IMG/VR virus record: IMGVR_UViG_3300011008_000049
Coordinates: 1 to 64,000 of that record
Origin: a virus
Taxonomy: Duplodnaviria > Caudoviricetes
Strand: one strand, 5' to 3'
Length of the DNA: 64,000 nucleotides
The notes beneath the pieces are model-generated. The model was given only the letters and a program-made list of their open reading frames with translations, had not been told where the DNA came from and searched no databases. Every line of letters starts with the position of its first letter. The first letter of the stretch is position 1. Positions 55,855 to 64,000 of the stretch are shown here, piece after piece. A program made the translations under genes and the position numbers.

Positions 55855-56215
55855 AAGGTATTCAATTAGAGATGGAACGACAATTGAGGATATTAAATCT
55901 GCCGGTGGTAGAGATGGTGGCACATGGATAAACAAAGAATCAAAGTTGTTTATTTCAAAATATTGTGAGTATAAACCTACACAATTTGAATTTTCAATCG
56001 GTATTGCATTTAAGGATAATTTAGCAGATTGGAATGACTTTGATAATGTGCTGGTTTTAGATGAAGATTTCTGTCAGCCTTATACTCCATTTTACGGTGA
56101 AAATTTCGGGAAAGATATTACGAATTTTCCAACACTTGAAAACTGCATTGAACAATACAATCAGTTTATGGATAGTCTGCCATTCCTGATTGAAGATAAA
56201 ACGAAGAAAGGATGA
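55844..56215 (+). CDS. hypothetical protein
   Basis: RBS; VLDEDFCQPY motif. Confidence 0.7.
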   Translation: MRIKRYSIRDGTTIEDIKSAGGRDGGTWINKESKLFISKYCEYKPTQFEFSIGIAFKDNLADWNDFDNVLVLDEDFCQPYTPFYGENFGKDITNFPTLENCIEQYNQFMDSLPFLIEDKTKKG

Positions 56216-56401
56216 TAAAAATGAAGTTTGGAATTTGGCAAATCATTTATGTAGGTCTTATATTGATTGGTATTGGTATTTCCGCTGGTAAGCACGGACA
56301 GCCGAGAACCGACAAATGGAATGTTTGGGCTACATTGATTTCCGCTGCTATTGAAATTACAATTCTCGCATTTGGCGGATTCTTTGGGTAAGGAGATTAC
56401 T

Positions 56402-57460
56402 ATGGGATATTTCTATTCAAATGAAATTGTATTTAAGGGGCATCCAGACAAAGTGTGTGACCAAATTAGTGATGCCTTGTTAGATGCCTATTTACAGCAA
56501 GACAGAAATAGTAGATGCGGAATTGAAGTTGTTGGAGGCAAAGGCAAAATTTTCATTACTGGCGAGGTCAGTTCCAGAGGGAATATCAACATTGTAGAAA
56601 CCGTTAAAAAAACTCTGCGAGATGTAGGATATGCTGGAACTTACGATGTTGTATATGATATTGGATTTCAGTCTCCTGATATTGCGCAAGGAGTTGATGT
56701 TGGCGGAGCGGGCGACCAAGGTATGATGTTTGGCTATGCTTGTCGAGACACAGAAGAATATATACCTACTGCTATGGCTATTTTGCAGCAATTGTCTATG
56801 TTCTATGACCGTTTGAGAAGAATTGATTCTCGCTTTTTACCAGATGGTAAGGCGCAAATAACAGGTCACTATGATGACAATGACAAACTTGATTATATCA
56901 AAGACTTTGTTATTTCATATCAGAACACAGAGGAATTCCGGCAAGATACAGACCAAATTCTTAAAGACTATTGTGAGGAATTATGTTCTGAATATGGTAT
57001 TCCAATTAGAACATTTCATATCAATCCAACCGGTAAATTCTTAATCGGCGGATTTGAAGGAGATGCTGGATTGACCGGCAGAAAGATTGTTGTTGATAAC
57101 TACCATTCATTTGCTAATGTAGGCGGCGGTGCATTCTCCGGTAAAGACGGAACAAAAGTAGACAGGAGCGGAGCATATAAAGCACGTCAACTTGCTATTC
57201 GCTGGCTCAAAGAACATAAATCTGCGTATTGGTGTGAAGTTCAGTTATCTTATGCAATCGGAATGGCAAAACCTCTTGCCGTTTATGTAAGAACAAACAA
57301 TGGAGATTTCGATTGTACGGAAGAATTTGCTGATGAATGCACTCCGGCAAAGATTATTGAAGAATTTGGTCTGAACAATCCAAAGAAAATTAGATTCTTT
57401 GATACCGCTCAATTCGGTCATTTTGGTCATTCAAGTTTTCCGTGGGAGAAAACAAAATGA
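56402..57460 (+). CDS. metK: S-adenosylmethionine synthetase
   Basis: GHPDK, QSPDI, GAGDQG, GLTGRKI, GGGAFSGKD; AAGGAG RBS before 56402. Confidence 0.95.
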   Translation: MGYFYSNEIVFKGHPDKVCDQISDALLDAYLQQDRNSRCGIEVVGGKGKIFITGEVSSRGNINIVETVKKTLRDVGYAGTYDVVYDIGFQSPDIAQGVDVGGAGDQGMMFGYACRDTEEYIPTAMAILQQLSMFYDRLRRIDSRFLPDGKAQITGHYDDNDKLDYIKDFVISYQNTEEFRQDTDQILKDYCEELCSEYGIPIRTFHINPTGKFLIGGFEGDAGLTGRKIVVDNYHSFANVGGGAFSGKDGTKVDRSGAYKARQLAIRWLKEHKSAYWCEVQLSYAIGMAKPLAVYVRTNNGDFDCTEEFADECTPAKIIEEFGLNNPKKIRFFDTAQFGHFGHSSFPWEKTK

Positions 57461-57879
57461 CAGTTGCAAAAGATTCTGTAAGTAAAATCGAAAGTTTTTT
57501 GAAAAGATGCTTGTCACTAAAAGGATATATTATTAGTTTCTATGTTTTTGATGATGATTCTGCAAATTTTTTACTTGATACTATTAAGCAGTATTATCAA
57601 TCAATTGACGGAGATTCGGAAATTTCAGATATAATCCTTGGCTCTGTTTTAGAAATGCAGTTTTCAAATCAAAGCAAAATAAGGGTTTTCAGTAAACAGA
57701 GTATGCAACATAGTGTTCATGCAAATCTTGTGTTTATGGATTCAAGATTCAAGGAAGCATACATTAAGGAGTCAATTTTCCCAAGAATTGATAAGTTTGA
57801 TTTAGAGGAAGGGTTTTTATTGAATCCTAAACTCATCTATATAAAATTTACGGAGGAAAACAAAAATGAGAAAGATTAA
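57457..57879 (+). CDS. hypothetical protein
   Basis: ATGA overlap with metK. Confidence 0.65.
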   Translation: MTVAKDSVSKIESFLKRCLSLKGYIISFYVFDDDSANFLLDTIKQYYQSIDGDSEISDIILGSVLEMQFSNQSKIRVFSKQSMQHSVHANLVFMDSRFKEAYIKESIFPRIDKFDLEEGFLLNPKLIYIKFTEENKNEKD

Positions 57880-58108
57880 CCATCGTCAGAGGGTTACAAA
57901 CAAAACAGAGCAGGTGCTTGAACACCTTCAGAAAAACGGTTCAATTACAAGTTGGGAAGCGATTGAAAAGTATAGTGCTACAAGATTGAGTGCTATTATC
58001 TATAATCTGCGCAAAAATCATGTAATTGACAGCATTGATTCTATCTTCACTGATAGATATGGAAATCAGTCAACATTTACGAAGTATGTATATGTCGGCG
58101 CACTTTAA
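57866..58108 (+). CDS. winged-helix DNA-binding protein
   Basis: VLEHLQKNGSITSWEA..RLSAIIYNLR. Confidence 0.75.
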   Translation: MRKINHRQRVTNKTEQVLEHLQKNGSITSWEAIEKYSATRLSAIIYNLRKNHVIDSIDSIFTDRYGNQSTFTKYVYVGAL

Positions 58109-58126
58109 TTACATAAGGAGTTATAA

Positions 58127-58702
58127 ATGAAAAAGTTAATTAGTATTACTTTGGTTCTTATTATGGTTTTGTCTTTTGGTGCGGTATTGACAGGCTGCGA
58201 TTTAGATGAGACTGTTAGTGGAACGCAACAGGACACAGCAAACACCATCGGCAACGCAAATAAGTTACAGGCGAATCAGCCAACACCAACAGATATTAAC
58301 TATTCTCTCGAAAGATATAATTTGATTCGCAGAACTTATTGGGTGAATGGTCAGAGAGAAAAGGCGAATTCACTGCCATGTGAAATTGAAAAGCCTCTTG
58401 GTTATATTGTTTTATTTTCCGGAAATGTAGTAGTTGGGAATTTTGTTGTTGATGGGAAAGTTTCGAGTCTTAATAGTTTCCTAACACCGGACAGTGAACA
58501 TTATGGAGAAACAGGAGAATATCATTATTACAACGATTGGCTTGCAGATGTTGACGGTTCATATGGTCAGAATGATAACGGAATTTTCTTCTTTACCCCC
58601 GATGGCAAATACATTGAGTGGAGCGGAGATTATCTCTATTCTGATATTCCGTTTGTAGTTGAATCTCCTGTTCTTAATGTTGGAGGCGAAACTAATAAAT
58701 GA
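58127..58702 (+). CDS. lipoprotein
   Basis: Lipobox LTGC. Confidence 0.8.
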   Translation: MKKLISITLVLIMVLSFGAVLTGCDLDETVSGTQQDTANTIGNANKLQANQPTPTDINYSLERYNLIRRTYWVNGQREKANSLPCEIEKPLGYIVLFSGNVVVGNFVVDGKVSSLNSFLTPDSEHYGETGEYHYYNDWLADVDGSYGQNDNGIFFFTPDGKYIEWSGDYLYSDIPFVVESPVLNVGGETNK

Positions 58703-59088
58703 GAAAATTTGGGATTGTTGTTTTAGTAATTCTTGCGGTTTTAATTGTTATTCTTCCAATTTATTTTGGAGCTACACCATCTGGCAGAGCCACATGGAAT
58801 AATTGGTTTCATGCTGTTCAAAAGGCAGACGATGATACAAATTATGAAACGATTAAAAAGGTTGAAGATACCTGCCGCTCAATGATTGCCTCTTATAATT
58901 CAGATAAACTTACATACGAACAGTATAAAGATAATGAAAATGAAGAAAAGCAAGAATGGGCTGAACAGGCAAAAATGAGGGCAAATAAAACCGCAAGCAC
59001 ATATAACAATTATATTTTGAAAAACAGTTATATTTGGAAAGGGAATGTACCAGCAGATATTTATATGGAACTGCCATATATTGATTGA
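58699..59088 (+). CDS. membrane-anchored hypothetical protein
   Basis: N-terminal TM segment. Confidence 0.75.
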   Translation: MRKFGIVVLVILAVLIVILPIYFGATPSGRATWNNWFHAVQKADDDTNYETIKKVEDTCRSMIASYNSDKLTYEQYKDNENEEKQEWAEQAKMRANKTASTYNNYILKNSYIWKGNVPADIYMELPYID

Positions 59089-59098
59089 GGATGATTAA

Positions 59099-60079
59099 AT
59101 GAACATTATTAACACTCATACCGGCAAAATCTATGTCGATACAGATAGACAATTAGAATTTCTTACCGTTGGAGACTATGGCAAAGAGAATAATATTAAA
59201 GCTGATTTTCTTGGTTTGACCAAAGAAATCAATGGAGTTGCGAATACAGATGTTGACCTTACGGACAAATGGGTTGCAACAATCAGCACGCAAAAGGGTT
59301 GCCCTATGCACTGTAAATTCTGCGACTGTCCAAAATATGGATTCCACGGCAATGCAACTCTTGAAGATTTGAAATATGAAATTCAAACAATTATTGATGG
59401 AGAAGATGTAGACCACACCAATAGATTTAATGTCCATTTTGCCAGAATGGGTGAACCTACATTTAATCCGAGTGTTTTAAGATTTGCTGAATATTATCTA
59501 AAAGATATTGTTTCCGCAAAGATTAAAGCAAAAACAATTCATCCCGTTATTTCTACTATGCTACCGAAAGGTCACGCGCTTCTTGAACATTTCATTATGA
59601 AGTGGTGTGATATTAAAAACAATGTTTATGCCGGAGAAGCAGGATTGCAATTCAGTATCAACAGTACAGATGATGAACAGCGGAATGACCAATTCGGGGG
59701 CATGAGTTTAAGCCTCGATGAAATTTCCGAGTTGGCTAAAAAGTTGCCTATGCCGGTAGGTAGAAAATATACATTAAATTTTGCCGTTACTGCTAAAACA
59801 ATTCTTGATGCGAAACGTCTTTCTGAATTGTTTGACAAGGATAAGTTTATTGTAAAGATTACGCCTATTCACGAAACGAATGCAGCCGTAACAAATGGAT
59901 TTGATGTTACTACTACATATACGGATTATGATGTTTACAGAAAGTTCGAGAAGCCTCTTGTTGCTGAAGGATGGGATGTAATTGTCTTTGTTCCGAGCAA
60001 AGAGGAAGATAGCGACAGAATTACTTGTGGCAATGCTTTGATTGCAACAGAAATAGGAGTAACCAGAGAAGGAATGTAG
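59099..60079 (+). CDS. RlmN/Cfr-like radical SAM enzyme
   Basis: STQKGCPMHCKFC, MGEP, C-terminal ITCGN. Confidence 0.8.
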   Translation: MNIINTHTGKIYVDTDRQLEFLTVGDYGKENNIKADFLGLTKEINGVANTDVDLTDKWVATISTQKGCPMHCKFCDCPKYGFHGNATLEDLKYEIQTIIDGEDVDHTNRFNVHFARMGEPTFNPSVLRFAEYYLKDIVSAKIKAKTIHPVISTMLPKGHALLEHFIMKWCDIKNNVYAGEAGLQFSINSTDDEQRNDQFGGMSLSLDEISELAKKLPMPVGRKYTLNFAVTAKTILDAKRLSELFDKDKFIVKITPIHETNAAVTNGFDVTTTYTDYDVYRKFEKPLVAEGWDVIVFVPSKEEDSDRITCGNALIATEIGVTREGM

Positions 60080-60085
60080 AAGATT

Positions 60086-60784
60086 ATGATTAACAATACC
60101 CCCCTGCCGAATCTGATAAATGGAGAGTGTTTGGTAGAGTTAAAGAATATAAAAGACAATAGCATAGATTTAATTGTAACAGACCCACCTTATAAAATTA
60201 CCGCTCGTGGTCACGCCGGTAATTCAGGTGGAATGTTACAAAAGAAAATCAGTATGTCCGGACAGGTTTTCAAGTTTAACAACATTGATTGTTCAGAGTA
60301 TGCACCAGAGTTTTACCGCATACTAAAAGATGGTAGCCATTGTTATGTGATGACTAACCACGTCAATCTAATACATATGCTTAATACTTTTACTGGCGCT
60401 GGATTTCACTTTATTAAATCTCTGATTTGGGACAAAGGAAACAAAATAATGGGGCAGTTCTATATGTCTCAATATGAATATATACTGTTCTTTCGCAAAG
60501 GCAGAGGTATTAAAATTAACCATTGCGGAACAAGCGATATTCTATCTGTTCCAAATAACAAGTTGAAAGATGATAGTGGCAAGAATCTACATGATACTGA
60601 AAAACCAGTTAGACTGATGGAGATTTTGATAGATAATTCATCACAAATTGGTGGAACTGTATTAGACCCATTTATGGGAATCGGTAGTACCGGAATTGCC
60701 TGTAAAAATCTTGATAGAAAATTTGTCGGAATTGAACTTGATAAAGATTATTACGATATTGCGAAACAAAGAATTATGAATTAG
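60086..60784 (+). CDS. N4-C/N6-A DNA methyltransferase (beta class)
   Basis: DPPY, H.TEKP, DPFMGIGST. Confidence 0.9.
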   Translation: MINNTPLPNLINGECLVELKNIKDNSIDLIVTDPPYKITARGHAGNSGGMLQKKISMSGQVFKFNNIDCSEYAPEFYRILKDGSHCYVMTNHVNLIHMLNTFTGAGFHFIKSLIWDKGNKIMGQFYMSQYEYILFFRKGRGIKINHCGTSDILSVPNNKLKDDSGKNLHDTEKPVRLMEILIDNSSQIGGTVLDPFMGIGSTGIACKNLDRKFVGIELDKDYYDIAKQRIMN

Positions 60785-61208
60785 GTTTATAAGAGTCAAT
60801 CCAACCTTTGAATTGCAAAAGAAGTTTAGATTCCAAATCGGAAGTTTCAAAGGCATTGCGTTTGAGTAGCATTTTATATCTGTCAAACCTTTGCCTTGAA
60901 ATGTCAATAGGCAACTCTGTAATAATAGATAACTCATTTTCTGTTTTAATATCAAGTTTCTTTATTACAATCATCGGACAGAGGATTCTCACGGTGAGAT
61001 GTTTTGCGAGATTAGCGTTATAGCCAAATATTTCTAATATTTTATATGATATGGTTAAGGCATCGTTAAAAGTGTTGCCGGTTTTATTGTAGTTAATATT
61101 ATAGAGTTTTGCTATCTTTGAAATATCGACAGGTAATGATTTAATTTGAGAATCTATCAATAAATCCCATGCAAGATTTCTAATGTGTTGATATTCTTGT
61201 TTTTCCAT
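60774..61208 (-). CDS. ImmA-like paralog lacking HEXXH
   Basis: LPVDI.KI N-terminus and ..L.P C-region like 61255..61878. Confidence 0.5.
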   Translation of the reverse strand: MEKQEYQHIRNLAWDLLIDSQIKSLPVDISKIAKLYNINYNKTGNTFNDALTISYKILEIFGYNANLAKHLTVRILCPMIVIKKLDIKTENELSIITELPIDISRQRFDRYKMLLKRNAFETSDLESKLLLQFKGWIDSYKPNS

Positions 61209-61254
61209 AAAAAAATCACCTCATAAGGAGTGTTCCCTATGAGATGATAAGTAT

Positions 61255-61878
61255 TTATTGATTGATTATCTTTGAGTTGTAAATATGTACCATATCATTT
61301 TCCCAAGCTGTTTTCCGGTGATTGTTTTTCCATTTGAGATATTGCTTATAACGGTACAAAGATGCTTCTCCGGACAAACCAAACACATTCTGAATATCAA
61401 TTGCAGATTGTATATTTAGTAAACAGAACAAAGGGAAAGGTGCTAATAATGTCGCGGCAAAATAATCCGCTTCTGATTCAAATTCTTGGTTATTGGTTTG
61501 TGGCAGTAAACTATTTTCGGATAACTTCTCATAAGCAGAAATACTATGGTGTTTACAAAGAATATGACCAATCTCATGGCTGCAAGTCCATCTCTGCCTA
61601 CCAATGTTATTATTGTCGCGTGTAGACTGATTGCACAGAATTAAATATCTGTCCTGCAAAATATCATAATGAGTACATCCAGATTTGCTCTCACAAAGTT
61701 GAATTACATCATCAATTGAACAGCCATTAACTCTTGCAAAAGTCTGATACGACATATATCTACAATTTGGAATATATTTTATAACCTTCTTCACATCGAG
61801 CGGAAATTTAATTTCCGGCAAAGAAGAATAAATTTGTAAAACCAAATTGTTTATAAAAGTGTATCTAATCATATTCAA
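61255..61878 (-). CDS. ImmA/IrrE-family metallopeptidase (anti-repressor)
   Basis: RWT..HEIGH, E.EADYFAA.LLAP. Confidence 0.88.
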   Translation of the reverse strand: MNMIRYTFINNLVLQIYSSLPEIKFPLDVKKVIKYIPNCRYMSYQTFARVNGCSIDDVIQLCESKSGCTHYDILQDRYLILCNQSTRDNNNIGRQRWTCSHEIGHILCKHHSISAYEKLSENSLLPQTNNQEFESEADYFAATLLAPFPLFCLLNIQSAIDIQNVFGLSGEASLYRYKQYLKWKNNHRKTAWENDMVHIYNSKIINQ

Positions 61879-62234
61879 CTATTATTGTCCTCCTGGTCAG
61901 AGAAAGCATAATCAAATCCCACTTTCAGCATTTGCATCATGCGTTCTCTATCTTTTGCAGTCATCTTTTGCCTTGCTCTTTGGAAAGAGATTATATCCTC
62001 ATCTCCAAGAACTTCTGATATAGAACCTTTAATATCTGTTCTTCCGAGAAGATAATCAACTGAAACATCAAAATAGCTTGCAACTTTGATTATCTTATCA
62101 ACAGATGGAGAAGATATACGCTCCCATTTCTTTATAGAAGAATTCCCAAAATCAAGGTCGCTTTCTAATTTAGTGATAGTAATTCCCTTTTCCGAGCATA
62201 AATCCTTAATGCGTTGATACAAAATACTTTCCAT
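61875..62234 (-). CDS. Xre/ImmR-like repressor
   Basis: HTH_3 ending FDVSVDYLLGRTD. Confidence 0.9.
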   Translation of the reverse strand: MESILYQRIKDLCSEKGITITKLESDLDFGNSSIKKWERISSPSVDKIIKVASYFDVSVDYLLGRTDIKGSISEVLGDEDIISFQRARQKMTAKDRERMMQMLKVGFDYAFSDQEDNNS

Positions 62235-62257
62235 AATGTCCTCCAGAAATCAGGTCG

Positions 62258-62368
62258 TATTTTCTCAAAAACCTATTGACACGGGTAAAATTATCTGATA
62301 TAATACAACCAATGAGAAAATAAGACCGTTGATGAATACATTATAGCGAATATTTTCTCAAATGTCAA
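62258..62368. promoter_or_regulatory. face-to-face sigmaA promoters with TATTTTCTCA operator repeats (genetic switch)
   Basis: + strand TTGACA 62276/TATAAT 62299; - strand -35 at 62363 and -10 at 62340; TATTTTCTCA at 62258 and 62351, inverted at 62313. Confidence 0.75.
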
Positions 62369-62390
62369 TAGGCGAAAGGAAAATAATAAA

Positions 62391-62630
62391 ATGTTTTATG
62401 CAACGTTTAAGGGAATTGGAAAAAGTGATATTGCTGTTTTTCATACAGAGCAAGAAAGAAATGATTGGGTGAACTTCAAAGACGAATATAGTATTGCTCT
62501 TGGAGCAAATACAGAGAATTCAACCTTTGAAAGAATCCCTATATCTGCCGGGACAGCAAAGAAAAGAATTAAAACTATGTTACATAAAAAAGACGAGTTT
62601 AATCATAATCAGGAGTGGTATATATGTTAA
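62391..62630 (+). CDS. hypothetical protein
   Basis: First gene of rightward promoter. Confidence 0.7.
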   Translation: MFYATFKGIGKSDIAVFHTEQERNDWVNFKDEYSIALGANTENSTFERIPISAGTAKKRIKTMLHKKDEFNHNQEWYIC

Positions 62631-63025
62631 AGGAAATTAATTCAGCAAAGACAAACAAAGGTGAAATAAATTTTAGCAAAACAATATCTAAAAGAGGTTT
62701 TGATAAGCTGTTATTCAAAGACTATTATAACAATGGCTGTTCATTACAAATCAGTTCATTAGCAAGTGATGAATGTGTGTGGCTTGGAATTGAAGATGCT
62801 CAACCAAGAATTTTAACAAGAGATGCAATTAGACTTGGATTGCTTAAAGAAAACGAAGCGCCGCACAATTGTTACGGAGAACCTTGTGGATGGGTTGAAT
62901 ATCCAGTTCCAGAAGAAGTTTCATTTACAACAAGAATGCACCTTTCGAGAAAACAGATATTAAAGTTGGCACTTAAATTATTGGAATTTGCATTTTGCGG
63001 CAAAATCATCAGTGAAAAGGATTGA
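62615..63025 (+). CDS. hypothetical phage protein
   Basis: CSLQ.SSLA...WLG, RMHL motif. Confidence 0.7.
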   Translation: MVYMLKEINSAKTNKGEINFSKTISKRGFDKLLFKDYYNNGCSLQISSLASDECVWLGIEDAQPRILTRDAIRLGLLKENEAPHNCYGEPCGWVEYPVPEEVSFTTRMHLSRKQILKLALKLLEFAFCGKIISEKD

Positions 63026-63033
63026 GATAATAA

Positions 63034-63837
63034 ATGGCGTTAATTGGAGCAATACTCGGAGATATTATAGGTTCTCAATATGAGTTCAAAAGACCTGCCG
63101 ATTTTGATAATAAAACTGCACTTTTATTGACAGATAAATGCAAGTTTACTGACGATACGGTTATGTCCATTGCTACGCAGTATGCGATTGATAATAATGT
63201 GGGTTTTACAGATGCTTACCATTTCTTCGGCTTGAAATACTTTGATGTCGGTTATGGCGCAGAATTTATGAATTGGATAGACGAACAACGAAACGAACCT
63301 TATGGAAGTTATGGCAATGGTTCGGCAATGAGGGTTTCTTATGTTGCCGATTATTACAATGACAGAGATAAGGTTATTGCTGTTGCAAAGGAATCAGCGG
63401 AATGCACTCACAACCATCCCGAAGGAATTAAGGGAGCGGTTGTAACGGCAGATTGTATTTGGATGGCGAAGCATGGATATAGCAAAGAAGATATTCTTAA
63501 TTACGGTATTATGCAATATCCAAAATCCGATTATGCTTTCAGTTGTGAAATAAGTCTCGATGAATTAAAAGAATTCTATCATTGGGATGTTACTTGCCAG
63601 GGCAGCGTACCAGCAGTAATTAGATGTATTTATGAAGCAAATAATTACACGGAGTTTGTTCGGAATGTTTTCAGCTTAAAATGCGATACAGATACCTTGT
63701 GCGCTATTGGTGGTGGAATTGCAGAGGAATTGTTTGATAACAAGTATGATGAAATTCTTCCGTTTGCCGATTCAATATTGAAAAAGTATCTGGACGAATA
63801 CTTATATAACACATTGCTGAAAAGAAAAATAAAATAA
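63034..63837 (+). CDS. ADP-ribosylglycohydrolase (DraG/ARH family)
   Basis: GDI.G..YEF, TDDT, GNGSAMR, TH, DTDT. Confidence 0.9.
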   Translation: MALIGAILGDIIGSQYEFKRPADFDNKTALLLTDKCKFTDDTVMSIATQYAIDNNVGFTDAYHFFGLKYFDVGYGAEFMNWIDEQRNEPYGSYGNGSAMRVSYVADYYNDRDKVIAVAKESAECTHNHPEGIKGAVVTADCIWMAKHGYSKEDILNYGIMQYPKSDYAFSCEISLDELKEFYHWDVTCQGSVPAVIRCIYEANNYTEFVRNVFSLKCDTDTLCAIGGGIAEELFDNKYDEILPFADSILKKYLDEYLYNTLLKRKIK

Positions 63838-63851
63838 TATGGAAAAACCTC

Positions 63852-63880
63852 TTGACATATTTATAAAAGTGTGATACAAT
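63852..63880 (+). promoter_or_regulatory. sigmaA promoter
   Basis: TTGACA-N17-TACAAT. Confidence 0.75.
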
Positions 63881-63909
63881 ATGTGTGAGGTCAAGAAAGG
63901 AGTTCAAAA

Positions 63910-64000
63910 ATGAATATAGAAACTCTTTTGAAAACACCGGAATACGATTTCTTGCGGAATAATGAGCATCTGAACAGTAACATTATCCTTCTCGGATTTG
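63910..64000 (+). CDS. partial; probable Pol-beta-type nucleotidyltransferase
   Basis: EYDFLR.NEHL..NIILLG is a typical lead-in to a GS motif; only 30 codons visible. Confidence 0.4.
   Translation, partial: MNIETLLKTPEYDFLRNNEHLNSNIILLGF

Larger units (their letters stand above)
1..64000. mobile_element. Segment of a large temperate Firmicutes bacteriophage (SPbeta-like organisation)
   Basis: Dense co-directional small ORFs, phage-type RNAP, tRNA clusters, DGR, auxiliary metabolic genes, repressor/anti-repressor switch; no host housekeeping operons. Confidence 0.9.

Noticed and set aside
4461-60165. Numerous minus-strand ORFs such as 7758..8270 and 38922..39590
   Set aside because: Antisense shadows of well-supported + strand genes, without RBS or motifs
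1-64000. Additional DGR variable repeats
   Set aside because: No second TR-like copy noticed by eye; a computational search of the whole genome is still needed

Overview
64 kb segment of a large, AT-rich, probably temperate Firmicutes (Clostridia-like) bacteriophage with an SPbeta-like layout. No capsid or tail genes are in view. The left end holds a truncated YonO-type single-subunit RNA polymerase gene (minus strand, missing from the ORF track) and a 1.3 kb non-coding divergence region. About 25 kb of small early genes follow, driven by near-consensus sigmaA promoters that carry several families of repeated operator-like motifs and a complete SAM-I-family riboswitch. The middle has an NAD+ salvage/reconstitution cluster (PncA, Prs/Adps-like, Nampt/Namat-like, NADAR-NadE) followed by a complete diversity-generating retroelement (target with VR, avd, TR, RT); the RT is fused in frame to a SLOG domain. 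Next come 13 tRNAs, including rare Leu(AAG) and Ile(TAT), and the most striking feature: eight Y-RNA-like stem-loops with a shared conserved motif, two of them containing circularly permuted tRNA modules (YrlA topology). They flank a 745-aa helical+TerD protein that is a candidate non-canonical Ro60-like partner. The right part has Thg1-like, Pth2, phosphoesterases, LigA, a circularly permuted multi-TRD C5-methyltransferase locus broken at poly-G tracts, MetK, an RlmN-like radical SAM enzyme, an ImmR/ImmA-like switch and an ADP-ribosylglycohydrolase. All calls come from reading motifs by eye; no searches were run.
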